Below are positions 55,296 through 64,000 of a stretch of 64,000 bases of DNA, piece after piece (position 1 is the stretch's first letter; every line of letters starts with the position of its first letter). The position numbers and the translations under genes were made by a program. The notes under the pieces are model-generated. The model did not search any database. It was not told where the DNA came from and saw only the letters and a list, made by a program, of their open reading frames with translations. Origin of the DNA: Spirochaetota bacterium (GTDB lineage: Bacteria; Spirochaetota; B62-G9; DRHN01); contig JAFGTF010000078.1 of NCBI GenBank assembly GCA_016934265.1, forward strand, positions 10,459 through 74,458, in the 5' to 3' direction.

Positions 55296-55670
55296 TCACT
55301 CCTTTGAAAACAGCCACTGCCCGGCTTCTTCCGGTGTCCTGAACACCTTTGTTTCGTAGGGGAGCCCGCCTATACCGGCCCATGTCTGAATCATTCGGCC
55401 CAAGCCGTACTCGAGGTCCAACGGCGCTACAATCGCCGTTTTTCCGCCCTTTCTTTTGTTTCCGAGCGTGCGTATTGTCTCATAGATACGTCTCAACGCA
55501 TCCGTTGAAATATTTGTGGCCGAAAAACCGTCAAGCTGCCAAAGTGTGAATTTTGTAGGAGATTCTTTATAGAAAGAACGTATCGCCTCCAGGCACTCCT
55601 GTTCCGTCAAGGCACTGGAGCATTTGAAGACGGTCAGATCGTTTCGGTTGTCTACGACTTTTTCAACCAT
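55296..55670 (-). CDS. STAS-like small protein, paralog 2 of 3
   Basis: 124 aa; NDLTVFKCSSALTEQECLEAIRSFY...GGKTAIVAPLDLEYG...VFRTPEEAGQWL. The N-terminal pattern resembles the ..l.i.l.GeLd...a..l...l start of anti-sigma antagonists. Confidence 0.45.
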   Translation of the reverse strand: MVEKVVDNRNDLTVFKCSSALTEQECLEAIRSFYKESPTKFTLWQLDGFSATNISTDALRRIYETIRTLGNKRKGGKTAIVAPLDLEYGLGRMIQTWAGIGGLPYETKVFRTPEEAGQWLFSKE

Positions 55671-55700
55671 TGATGTGCCGTTTGACTTCTTATATTTATC

Positions 55701-56072
55701 TCACTGCGACAGAAGCCACAGCCGGGCTTCGTCGGTTGATCTAAACACCCTGAACTCGAATGGAATTTGCGTCAAATCGGTCATGGTTTGAAATATACGT
55801 ATCATCCCGTATTCGAGATCCGTCGGCGCCGCTACCGCGGTTTTTCCCCCCTCCCGTACGGATCCTATTTTCTTTACCACCGAAACGAACCGGTGCACGG
55901 CTTCTGTAGGTATGTTTTTCACGGAAGCGTCTACAAAGTCCCATAAGTTGTGTTTCGTGGGGGGGTGGTGATAAAGCGACTGCAAATTATCGAGAAGCTC
56001 CTGCTCCGTCAAATCGCCTGAGCAGGTGATTATTGTCAGATCGTTTTCATTGTCGTGCGTTATAGTAACCAT
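55701..56072 (-). CDS. STAS-like small protein, paralog 3 of 3
   Basis: 123 aa; NDLTIITCSGDLTEQELLDNLQSLY...GGKTAVAAPTDLEYG...VFRSTDEARLWL. Confidence 0.45.
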   Translation of the reverse strand: MVTITHDNENDLTIITCSGDLTEQELLDNLQSLYHHPPTKHNLWDFVDASVKNIPTEAVHRFVSVVKKIGSVREGGKTAVAAPTDLEYGMIRIFQTMTDLTQIPFEFRVFRSTDEARLWLLSQ

Positions 56073-56616
56073 TGACGGGCCTTTTTTAAAGCAGAGCGTT
56101 TACGGTCGTCCCTGCAATAGCTGCAGCTCTGTTTACGAGTCTTTTTACCTCATATCAGGATACTATTCAGTTTCCCGAATCGTCTTTTTTATGAGTTTCT
56201 ATCCTTTTTTTATATTTTAGCGTAAAAATGAGAAAAAACAATATGAAATACTGTGAAGACAGATCTTACACCGAACGCCCCGGATCCGGTAACCGACTAT
56301 TAGACTCCGGGAATAGGTGAGCGTAATGAATTCTCGGATCATGGAGACTGGCGGGTGATACTGATATAAATAAAACAAAATAATAAATCACTTGAATAAA
56401 ATAAATAAATGATACATAATAGATAATCTATAGGGCCTGCTATCGCCGATTCCTTCCAGGCAGGGTGGTGCAATAATCGGCTTTATCGACATTACCATAC
56501 ATATAGTGCTTGTACGTACGTGGAAGAAAGAAGTAGTTGATATCGAACAATCCCCTGTGAAGAAGGGCGTTTCAGTGTGCCGTTGTTGTTTCTATCCAAA
56601 TCAGTACGAATAGAAG

Positions 56617-57105
56617 ATGGAGAGACTGTTTTTAACAGGAAAGTGGATCGATCTTTCGATTCTTTTGTCCTTCCTATGTCCGATTACAATAATAGATATT
56701 AAAGAAAGAACGGTACCGGACGAACTCACTTTCATGGGGTTGATAATATTTTTCACCAAAGCAGTTTTTCATAATACCGTACCGGTTCTTATCTTACCGG
56801 TCAGAAGCATGGTGGGTTTCATGTTTGTGTTTATGCTCTTTTTATTAAAAAAAGGCGGTATCGGGCTCGGAGATGCAAAGCTTTGCGCCCTCCTGTCACT
56901 CGTGTTGGGATTCGACGGTTTTATGATAGTGCTATTTACCGCATCGTGTACCGGTATCGCATACATGCTTCTGATGCTCGGGCTGAAAAGAAAGCCTTTG
57001 AACCGTTCGATACCGTTTGCTCCGTTTCTGTCTATAGGGGGCATAACCGCCTATATTATGCAGGATACGTTTCGAAACCTTTTAGACCGCATACCGTTCT
57101 GGTAG
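56617..57105 (+). CDS. A24-family prepilin peptidase (short CpaA/TadV-like form)
   Basis: Polytopic membrane protein with the conserved GGIGLGDAKL aspartate motif and ...TVPDELTF; 162 aa, with no N-terminal zinc/methyltransferase domain. Confidence 0.65.
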   Translation: MERLFLTGKWIDLSILLSFLCPITIIDIKERTVPDELTFMGLIIFFTKAVFHNTVPVLILPVRSMVGFMFVFMLFLLKKGGIGLGDAKLCALLSLVLGFDGFMIVLFTASCTGIAYMLLMLGLKRKPLNRSIPFAPFLSIGGITAYIMQDTFRNLLDRIPFW

Positions 57106-57134
57106 GCGCATTCAACGGTTGAAAGAAGGCTGCG

Positions 57135-59342
57135 ATGAAAAGAGAGGTGCTGCTTGTTCTCCTTTTACTGATCATCCCGGTGCAACCCATAGCGGCGCAG
57201 CAAATCAGGGAAATAGAGTTCAGAGACCAAAAAGTAACCGATATCCTTCTCGCGGTGGGGGAACTTGCCGGAAAATCGATTGTACCCGACGAAACTGTAA
57301 CGGGGAGGGCCTCATATTACTTCGTGGAGACCGATTTCGATACCGCCTTACATGCGTTTATCGCTGCATACGGCCTTTACGTTACCGAGGAGAATGGAAT
57401 ATACTACGTTTCCAGGGTACATGTAGAGTTTGATGAAAATACGGCGACGGTTTCGATCGATGCGGATGAAGTGGAGATTCAGGCACTACTACGATCGCTC
57501 TCCGAAGCAATCGGGCGAACCATACTGTACGACCCCCTTCCTGCAATACCCGTTACGGTACATATCAAGAGTGTAGCGCCTGAAAAAGCGCTATCCATTC
57601 TTTTGCGAAAATATCATGGGTATGTGATAGATTCAGACACCGATTTTTATTATGTAAAGAAGGTTAGAAGAGACACGCAGGCAGCCGGACCGCCTTCAAA
57701 AGGGGACATCCGGGATGCTGTATCCAAAACCGGTGACCGCTACTCCGTCGAAGCGGATGAGATACTGTTCGGTGTTGTTATTAAAAGGCTGTTCGAAGAA
57801 GCGGGATTGGAGTACTCGCTTCTCACCACAAAAGAAACAATACTGAAGAATATTCGATATAATGATAAACCGTTTGAGACGTTGTTGAGAATCCTGCTCG
57901 AACAGGTACAGGCCGATTACAAGAGAATCGACGATGTCTATTATATATTCGAGGTTTCGAAAAGCGACGTGTTGAAACGGTATAAAACCGTGTTCAGGGT
58001 GAGGCTTCAGCATCTTTCAGCTCAGGAGCTACCCCAACTTCTTCCTCCTGATTTTGCCAAAGGCAGGTACTACACCATTGTGCCTGAATCGAACTCTGTG
58101 ATCCTCAACGGAAGTCTTGCCGAGATAGGTCCAATTCAGACCTTGCTGGAAGAATTGGACAAACCGTCTGATAGAGGGCGCTACTACAGGTTCGATCTGA
58201 ATCATCTGCAGACGAAAAACGTGAAAGCGTTTCTCCCCCCGGAATATAAGTATGCAGCCCCTGTTACCATTCCCGGGACCAACTCTTTTGTCCTGCGGCT
58301 GTCGGAGGATAAAAGAAAGTATCTTGACGACTATCTATCACTCATCGATATAGATCAAAAAGCGTATCCTGTCCGTCTGAAGTATATAAGAGCGGGTGAT
58401 CTGAAGAAACATGTTCCGGCGACGTTATCCGGTGAGGAAATCATCGAAACACATGACCCTTCGCTCGTTTTTGTAAAAGTTTCACCGCAAAGGATGGATA
58501 CCTTTTTTAGAGAGCTTGAATTACGGGACCGTCCGGTTCCGCAAATACGATACACGCTTCTCGTGGTTCAGTATCAAGACGGAGAAGCATTGAGCTGGAA
58601 TCAGAATATTTCTGACAATATGTTCGAAATACGGAAACCACCACAGGAAGGAGGCGGTGCATTCGTCGGCTCTATCGGGAAGGTATTCAACCTCAGCTTC
58701 GATATCGTATCGAACTTTGGATATCAGTTTGCGCTTCAGCTGAATCTCGATCTCAGCGAGGAGCGTGCCAAGGTGCTTGCCGATACAACGCTCAACGGAA
58801 TATCAGGGGAGGAGATACAGTTTCAGAATACGAGTACCTACCGGTACAGGGAATACGAAGTGGATCCGAATACCGGGGAGCTGATCCTGACAGGTGTCGT
58901 CCGCGAGATAACTTCAGGCTTGATCATCGTGATCAGGGGCTGGGTTTCGGGGGACGGCCTTATCACAATGGATGTCGAAGCAACGGTATCCAGGAGGGGG
59001 GCCGACGTGGCCATGGATACGGCCAAACCCCCGACGACCTTTGAGAAGATACTTAAAACTCATGTGTGTGCGCTTTCCGGTAGACCGGTGATAATAGGCG
59101 GCCTCATTACCGAGGAGAACAATATTACTGTTCAAAAGATCCCGGTAATAGGTGATATACCTCTGTTGGGTCTTCTTTTTAGATCGCAAAAAGAAACCGT
59201 AGACCGCTCGGAGTTTGTGATCTATATAGTGCCGTACGCCGAATACCCCGAATCGGGAGATATGAACGGTGGCCTTAAGATGGAAAAATTGTATCATAGG
59301 TTTTTCCGGGACCTGCCGGATTCATACGCATACCGTAATTGA
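57135..59342 (+). CDS. Secretin (GspD/PilQ family outer-membrane channel)
   Basis: Signal peptide MKREVLLVLLLLIIPVQPIAAQ; C-terminal secretin signature VIIGGLITEENNITVQKIPVIGDIPLLGLLFRSQKE. Confidence 0.8.
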   Translation: MKREVLLVLLLLIIPVQPIAAQQIREIEFRDQKVTDILLAVGELAGKSIVPDETVTGRASYYFVETDFDTALHAFIAAYGLYVTEENGIYYVSRVHVEFDENTATVSIDADEVEIQALLRSLSEAIGRTILYDPLPAIPVTVHIKSVAPEKALSILLRKYHGYVIDSDTDFYYVKKVRRDTQAAGPPSKGDIRDAVSKTGDRYSVEADEILFGVVIKRLFEEAGLEYSLLTTKETILKNIRYNDKPFETLLRILLEQVQADYKRIDDVYYIFEVSKSDVLKRYKTVFRVRLQHLSAQELPQLLPPDFAKGRYYTIVPESNSVILNGSLAEIGPIQTLLEELDKPSDRGRYYRFDLNHLQTKNVKAFLPPEYKYAAPVTIPGTNSFVLRLSEDKRKYLDDYLSLIDIDQKAYPVRLKYIRAGDLKKHVPATLSGEEIIETHDPSLVFVKVSPQRMDTFFRELELRDRPVPQIRYTLLVVQYQDGEALSWNQNISDNMFEIRKPPQEGGGAFVGSIGKVFNLSFDIVSNFGYQFALQLNLDLSEERAKVLADTTLNGISGEEIQFQNTSTYRYREYEVDPNTGELILTGVVREITSGLIIVIRGWVSGDGLITMDVEATVSRRGADVAMDTAKPPTTFEKILKTHVCALSGRPVIIGGLITEENNITVQKIPVIGDIPLLGLLFRSQKETVDRSEFVIYIVPYAEYPESGDMNGGLKMEKLYHRFFRDLPDSYAYRN

Positions 59343-59388
59343 GTAACGGTGCGCAGGCTTCAGTTATAGAAGAGGATGTACAACCGAG

Positions 59389-60864
59389 ATGGTGAGAGTA
59401 TCCATAGAAGGATTCAAACCGGAGGTCGACAGGGATCAGTATCCGATAGAGTTCGTAAAAACTCATTCTCTGTTGAAATTGAAAGAAACCAGGGATTCCG
59501 TGACAGTCGGAACATGCAGCCCGGTAAGCGCGGTGGTAATGGAGGAATTGAAAAATTACCATGGCAAGAAGATTAGATTCTTCCTGGTCGATAAAAGTGA
59601 GTTGTCGGCTTGGCTCGGAAGCAGGCTTTCAGACATAACCCTCCGGAGTCCGTCCGAGGCGGTGTATCTCAATCACCATACAAGACTCCTCATTGATAAG
59701 CTCGAAACGGATGCTCCTACCGTGAATCTTGTGAACAGTATCCTGATAGAAGGTATCAGGAGGGAGGTCTCTGATATTCACATAGAGGTCGATGCCGAAG
59801 CGACTGTGGTACGGTATCGTATAGACGGGCAGCTTCAAACCATCCATCGACTTACGCAGGAACGGTTCAACGGGATTTCCTCGCGTATCAAGGTCATGGC
59901 GAATCTGAATATAATGGAGCGGAGGCTTCCCCAGGACGGCAGGATTACGGTCCATCTCGACAGCGATGTTTTCGATATCAGGGTATCGATCATCCCGATA
60001 GTAGACGGAGAATCCATCGTTCTCAGGCTGTTCAATAAAAAAAGGAAACCGTTGAATATCGACCAGCTCGGGCTGCAGGGGGATGCCTTGATACGGATGA
60101 AGAGCCTGTATCACCGGACTCAGGGGCTCGTTCTCGTCACCGGCCCGACCGGGAGCGGTAAAACGACGACGTTAAACGCGGTTCTAAGAGAGTTGCGTTC
60201 GGAAAGCCTCAAGATAGTATCGATAGAGGATCCGGTTGAATACATTACCGACGGTGTCGACCAGATTCAGACGAACGAAAAGATCGGTCTTACGTTCGAT
60301 ACGATCCTGAAGAGGGTGCTCCGGCAGGATCCGAATATCATTATGGTCGGGGAAATACGGGACCTGCAGACTGCGGAGCTTGCGGTACGGGCCGCGCTGA
60401 CCGGTCATCTCGTGTTCTCGACGCTGCATACGAAGGACTCGGTATCCGTAGTAACGCGTCTGAAGAACATGGGAATAGAAGGATATCTCATAAGTGCGGT
60501 GTTGAAGGGCGCGCTTGCCCAGAGATTGGTCCGGAAGATATGCGACAAGTGCCGGGTAAAAAAGAAGATCGGGCATGCCGAGCGCATGCTCTTGCGGCGG
60601 TATGGTTTGGATGCCGATTTTCTCTTTCAAGGGAAAGGCTGTGAACGATGCAACGGAACGGGTTTCAACGGCCGGACAGGTATCTTCGAGCTGTTTGTCT
60701 CGAACGAGGAAATCGAAGCGATTATCGCTTCGGATCGGAGGGAATACGAAGTGCGGGAATTTCTCCTTTTAAGGGGAATGGAACGCCTTGTCATCGACGG
60801 CCTGAAAAAGGCGTGCAGCGGGGTAACGACTGTCGGGGAAGTGGAAAGGGTGGCGGAGGAGTAA
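59389..60864 (+). CDS. GspE/PilB-family secretion ATPase
   Basis: Walker A LVTGPTGSGKTTTLNAVL, Asp box, Walker B IIMVGEIRD, His box, and tetracysteine CDKC...CERCNGTG. Confidence 0.85.
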   Translation: MVRVSIEGFKPEVDRDQYPIEFVKTHSLLKLKETRDSVTVGTCSPVSAVVMEELKNYHGKKIRFFLVDKSELSAWLGSRLSDITLRSPSEAVYLNHHTRLLIDKLETDAPTVNLVNSILIEGIRREVSDIHIEVDAEATVVRYRIDGQLQTIHRLTQERFNGISSRIKVMANLNIMERRLPQDGRITVHLDSDVFDIRVSIIPIVDGESIVLRLFNKKRKPLNIDQLGLQGDALIRMKSLYHRTQGLVLVTGPTGSGKTTTLNAVLRELRSESLKIVSIEDPVEYITDGVDQIQTNEKIGLTFDTILKRVLRQDPNIIMVGEIRDLQTAELAVRAALTGHLVFSTLHTKDSVSVVTRLKNMGIEGYLISAVLKGALAQRLVRKICDKCRVKKKIGHAERMLLRRYGLDADFLFQGKGCERCNGTGFNGRTGIFELFVSNEEIEAIIASDRREYEVREFLLLRGMERLVIDGLKKACSGVTTVGEVERVAEE

Positions 60865-62060
60865 TGGCCGTTTATACCTGTAGGGTAAAAGACGGCAGTG
60901 GGAGAATAAGAAAAGTCAGGCAACAAGCCGTATCGGAAGAGAAAGCGGTGACTGCGCTGTTGCAGAACGATCTCTATCCATTGCTCATACGGACGACCGA
61001 AAGATATGGCGGGATACGGCGTGCGGGAAGTTCTCAAAAACTGCTTTCTGAGTTCACCGATACCATCGCGCTTCTTCTCTCCTCAGGCCTGACTCTGAAA
61101 GACTCGTTGGAGGTGGCCGCGGACAGTACCCCGAGAGGACGACTGAGAGAGCTCTACAAGATACTATTGAAGCGGATAGACAGCGGGCGGTCATTGGCTG
61201 AGGCGGTGCGATCGTGCGGGATACGATTTCCCCGTCTGTATGAAGGGCTGTTCAGGATCGGCGAAAAGCTCGGTTCTCTCGAAGGAAGTTTTCGAATGCT
61301 CTCCTCATACTATTTAAGAGAAAGAGCCTTGAGGGATAAGCTGATAAGCGCACTGATATATCCCGCGATGGTGCTGACTGTCGCATTTTCGGGTGTCGTG
61401 GTGATAACCGTTTACGTTCTCCCGAGGGTCACCGAGATATTCACCCAATTGGATACGGTTCTTCCGGTACGGATCGAATCCATTATTACAAGCGGCAGGA
61501 TCCTGCTCGTGCTCGCCATAGGTGGGGTCGTTCTTTTAGGCGGATTGGGATTCTTGTTTTCTTTCGCAAAGAAACGGAACTGGAAATCGGCTGCACAGCT
61601 CGATAGAATCATTTTCAAAATACCTGTAATCGGGTCAATGCAGCAACTTCGGGAGAACTACAAGTTTACCTGCTCAATGGAAGCGCTTTGTATGGGAGGG
61701 TATTCTTTGGAAGAAGCATTGCTGGAAGCGAGCTTCATCGTATCAAGCGGCACGTACAGATCCAGCATTCTTTCGGCAAGAAAGAGTATTCTAAAAGGCG
61801 GGACATTGGCGGATTCCTTCATTCGTAGCCGCGTCTTCCCGCAGCGGCTTTCGAGTTGGATAATGATCGGTGAACGATCGGGAAATATCGAGGGTGTGTT
61901 TTGTCAACTGCGGCGTTTTTTCGAAGCCGAGCTTGAAAAGTACAGCGCGAGATTCATCGGGTTGATAGAACCCGTACTGATACTCATCCTCGGTGCTGCG
62001 ATTATCACGATTATCGTCCTCTTTGTAATGCCGATCCTGTCCCTGTACGGGAGTCTCTAA
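60865..62060 (+). CDS. GspF/PilC-family inner-membrane platform protein
   Basis: ~398 aa with duplicated GspF-like halves and three TM regions. ATG at 60865 immediately after the gspE stop, with a GGAGGA RBS; the track ORF is extended upstream in the overlapping frame. Confidence 0.75.
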
Positions 62061-62216
62061 ATGGACTTAATCGAAATGTAATTTTTTTATAGAAAGGATA
62101 TCACACACATTTAGATATGGAAGTCTTTGTTGAAAGAAGTGTCGTTTTACATCCGCTGGTCGTTCGGGTATATGTCGATGGTAAGATGATACGGTTTGTC
62201 GTGAGAAAAGGGTAGG

Positions 62217-62708
62217 GTGATGTGCCTGGGCGTGAAGAAAAACGATAAGGGTACCGGAATAATAAAAGATGTTTTCAGGGCTTGGATCGCCTTCGGGAAA
62301 AAAGAGGCGGGATTTACGCTTATCGAGATCATGGTGGCGTCTGTGGTACTGCTCATACTCATCAGTGTCACCGGTTTCGTAATATCCAAACAGGTCGAAA
62401 AGGCAAGGGTGATCAGCTGCAGAAATCAGATTCACATCTTTTCCATGGCCCTGAATGCTTATTTTCTCGACTGCGAAATATACCCGACAACCGAGCAGGG
62501 GCTCGGCGCACTTTGGGAGCGGCCCGTTTTCGAACCGATGCCGGAGAATTGGAACGGTCCCTATATAGATAGCGCGGTTCCCCGGGATCCATGGAGCAAT
62601 GCGTATCAGTATTTTTGTCCGGGCAGTTACGGTCTGCCGTTCGGCATACGGTCGCTTGGGGCGGACGGCAGGGAAGGGGCGGACGATATAAACTCCTGGG
62701 AGCGGTAA
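62217..62708 (+). CDS. Type II secretion major pseudopilin (GspG-like)
   Basis: Prepilin N-terminus GFTLIEIMVASVVLLILISV and the GspG-specific DPWSNAYQY (DPWGNPYxY) motif. The true start may lie downstream of 62217, which implies an unusually long leader. Confidence 0.75.
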   Translation: MMCLGVKKNDKGTGIIKDVFRAWIAFGKKEAGFTLIEIMVASVVLLILISVTGFVISKQVEKARVISCRNQIHIFSMALNAYFLDCEIYPTTEQGLGALWERPVFEPMPENWNGPYIDSAVPRDPWSNAYQYFCPGSYGLPFGIRSLGADGREGADDINSWER

Positions 62709-62908
62709 TGAAGAGCCAATTCCGATGCTTCATACTGTTGGATACACTCATCTCTTTGTTTTTAGCCGGTCTTATCCTCGTAGTTGTATTCGTATCCGTC
62801 AGCCTCGGACTGAAGCATACGTCGGGAATGAAGCGGCATAGTAGAAATCTGATACTTTTGATGAACCGGTATGAAGAGGATAAGAAAATTACTTACTCTT
62901 CGGAGTAA
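62708..62908 (+). CDS. Possible small minor pseudopilin-like protein
   Basis: ATG overlapping the gspG stop (TAATG); MKSQFRCFILLDTLISLFLAGLILVVVF is a hydrophobic prepilin-like N-terminus with Asp in place of the canonical Glu. Confidence 0.3.
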   Translation: MKSQFRCFILLDTLISLFLAGLILVVVFVSVSLGLKHTSGMKRHSRNLILLMNRYEEDKKITYSSE

Positions 62909-63404
62909 CGGCGGGTATTCGTTTTTGGAGATAACCGTCGCCATGGTAATCATTTCAATTATCGGAATAACGGTATGGCAGGGAATTATACATGTGTCTG
63001 CGCTGCTGAACAAAATACATTCGGTACATACCGGAGTACGGGATATGATTATGATGGAGGCGCAGATCAGAAGTGAGGTGTCGATGATCCGAGTGCCGTT
63101 CTGGATGCCGTATGTTCCGGTGAGAGAAACAAACGGCGAGTTAAGAATCGGTTGTTACAAGGGATGCCTCACAAGTGAGCTTTATTTTCGGTTCAGCGAA
63201 GGATGTCTCGAGATGGGATGTGATAACGGCTCCGACAAGACGGTACTGCAACGGTACGGTCCATACGAAGAGGTCATTATCGAAACCGAACACAGGCAGA
63301 AAGGCGAAGGGGTCTTGATATCATTTTCCTTCTATTATCCCGGAAGCAGGAAAAAAACGCTAGTTATTTCGACCGGTATTTGCAGCAACCCGTTTGTCAG
63401 ATAG
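62871..63404 (+). CDS. Minor pseudopilin (prepilin-type N-terminal cleavage/methylation domain)
   Basis: GYSFLEITVAMVIISIIGI matches G-F-[ST]-L-[IL]-E plus a hydrophobic helix. Confidence 0.6.
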   Translation: MKRIRKLLTLRSNGGYSFLEITVAMVIISIIGITVWQGIIHVSALLNKIHSVHTGVRDMIMMEAQIRSEVSMIRVPFWMPYVPVRETNGELRIGCYKGCLTSELYFRFSEGCLEMGCDNGSDKTVLQRYGPYEEVIIETEHRQKGEGVLISFSFYYPGSRKKTLVISTGICSNPFVR

Positions 63405-63413
63405 AATCCGAAA

Positions 63414-64000
63414 ATGAACGAGAAGGGTTTTACAACCATCATACTGCTCTGTGCTATGGTGCTTTTTACCTCGATATCTCTAGGTATAGCGGCCCTGCTT
63501 CGCTTTTCGGGGGCACGGCTGAAGCGCTGGGAGAGCGAATTCGAAGAACGGATGATGCTTCATGAGGAGGCAAGCCGTGTCATTACATTACTGGTGGAAG
63601 ACGAAACACCGGCATCGGATTCCCCTGCGGACCGTGTATGGGAGTACGTACATACTTTGAAAAGAGATCGGCTGTCAGTTGTTTTGAGAGACATATCGAG
63701 CCGCTATGGTATTAACTGGGTACGGAAGGACGTTCTCGATTATTCCGGGTTGTTGCGGCCGGGAAAGTCATCGGGTGAGTTACAGCAGTATAGGTGGGAT
63801 ATGGGGCCTGTTCTGCGACTTTTGCCGGAGTATGGATACTTTTTTTCCGAAGCAAGTATCCATATGTATTTTACTCCGTACAGTTACTTCAATATCAACA
63901 TTTCCGACGAGTTTATCATCGAGAAAATTGTTCTTATTCGTACCGGTGACAGCGATAGAGCACGCCTTCTTCGGAAGAGACTCCATAAGTTTTGGGAAAC
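63414..64000 (+). CDS. GspK-like or other pseudopilus-associated protein, 3-prime partial (open to the window end)
   Basis: My own translation from the ATG at 63414 reads through to position 64000 with no stop. N-terminus MNEKGFTTIILLCAMVLFTSISLGIAAL is prepilin/GspK-like. Absent from the ORF track because the ORF is not closed. Confidence 0.4.
   Translation, partial: MNEKGFTTIILLCAMVLFTSISLGIAALLRFSGARLKRWESEFEERMMLHEEASRVITLLVEDETPASDSPADRVWEYVHTLKRDRLSVVLRDISSRYGINWVRKDVLDYSGLLRPGKSSGELQQYRWDMGPVLRLLPEYGYFFSEASIHMYFTPYSYFNINISDEFIIEKIVLIRTGDSDRARLLRKRLHKFWE

Larger units (their letters stand above)
52340..64000. other. Lower-GC segment (approx. 30-50% GC versus ~57% upstream), a putative horizontally acquired island carrying an R-M system, STAS-like paralogs and a T2SS-like cluster
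   Basis: Abrupt drop in GC beginning with a ~400-bp ~30% GC spacer at 52340-52750. No integrase, transposase or tRNA was seen within the window. Confidence 0.4.

Noticed and set aside
1-64000. Search for tRNA, rRNA, tmRNA and CRISPR arrays.
   Set aside because: No tRNA-like T-arm/acceptor patterns, no rRNA-like conserved blocks and no regularly spaced direct repeats were found in intergenic regions. The only tandem repeat (16835-16920) is in frame and coding, inside pnp.

Overview
This window is a GC-rich (about 55-60%) bacterial chromosomal segment. Roughly 52 kb is core housekeeping sequence and the last 12 kb or so has lower GC and looks horizontally acquired.

Core region, all read from the translated ORFs:
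- A translation/transcription cluster in the order rimP-nusA-infB-rbfA-nrnA-truB-ribF-rpsO-pnp.
- A second conserved cluster: ffh-rpsP-KH protein-rimM-trmD-rplS-rnhB, followed by a YlqG-like hypothetical, a FlhB-C-terminal-like protein (YlqH), an HD-GYP protein and yraN.
- smc, ahcY, a malic enzyme, an HrpB-like DEAH helicase, and a ComM/YifB ATPase.
- A LacI-family regulator upstream of an L-fucose isomerase, a RhaM-family mutarotase and a URO-D-family enzyme.
- An unusual fused gene encoding an acyl-CoA/ACP synthetase, an ACP domain and a PlsC-type acyltransferase, divergent from a PIG-L deacetylase / Gfo-Idh-MocA oxidoreductase / ThiF-like E1 operon.
- Three surface/envelope genes at the 5-prime end: an FHA-TM-beta-propeller protein (partial), a CarbopepD_reg/Fn3/beta-helix protein and a membrane sensor.

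After about position 52340 the sequence becomes AT-rich and carries three things. First, a BglII-like Type II restriction-modification pair (an N4/N6 'SPPY' methyltransferase plus a BglII/BstYI-fold endonuclease). Second, three tandem ~120-aa STAS-like paralogs on the minus strand. Third, a compact type II secretion / pseudopilus cluster: an A24 prepilin peptidase, a secretin, a GspE ATPase, a GspF platform protein, a GspG pseudopilin carrying the DPWSNAYQY motif, and minor pseudopilins. The cluster runs off the 3-prime end of the window.

No tRNA, rRNA or CRISPR arrays were recognised. Smaller-scale features include a sigma70-like promoter and a terminator-like hairpin in the rimP leader, a 16-bp LacI-type operator palindrome, a G10 homopolymer, and a 15-bp tandem repeat encoding (DDRPR)n at the PNPase C-terminus. 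Many antisense ORFs in the supplied track are GC-artefacts and were not called.
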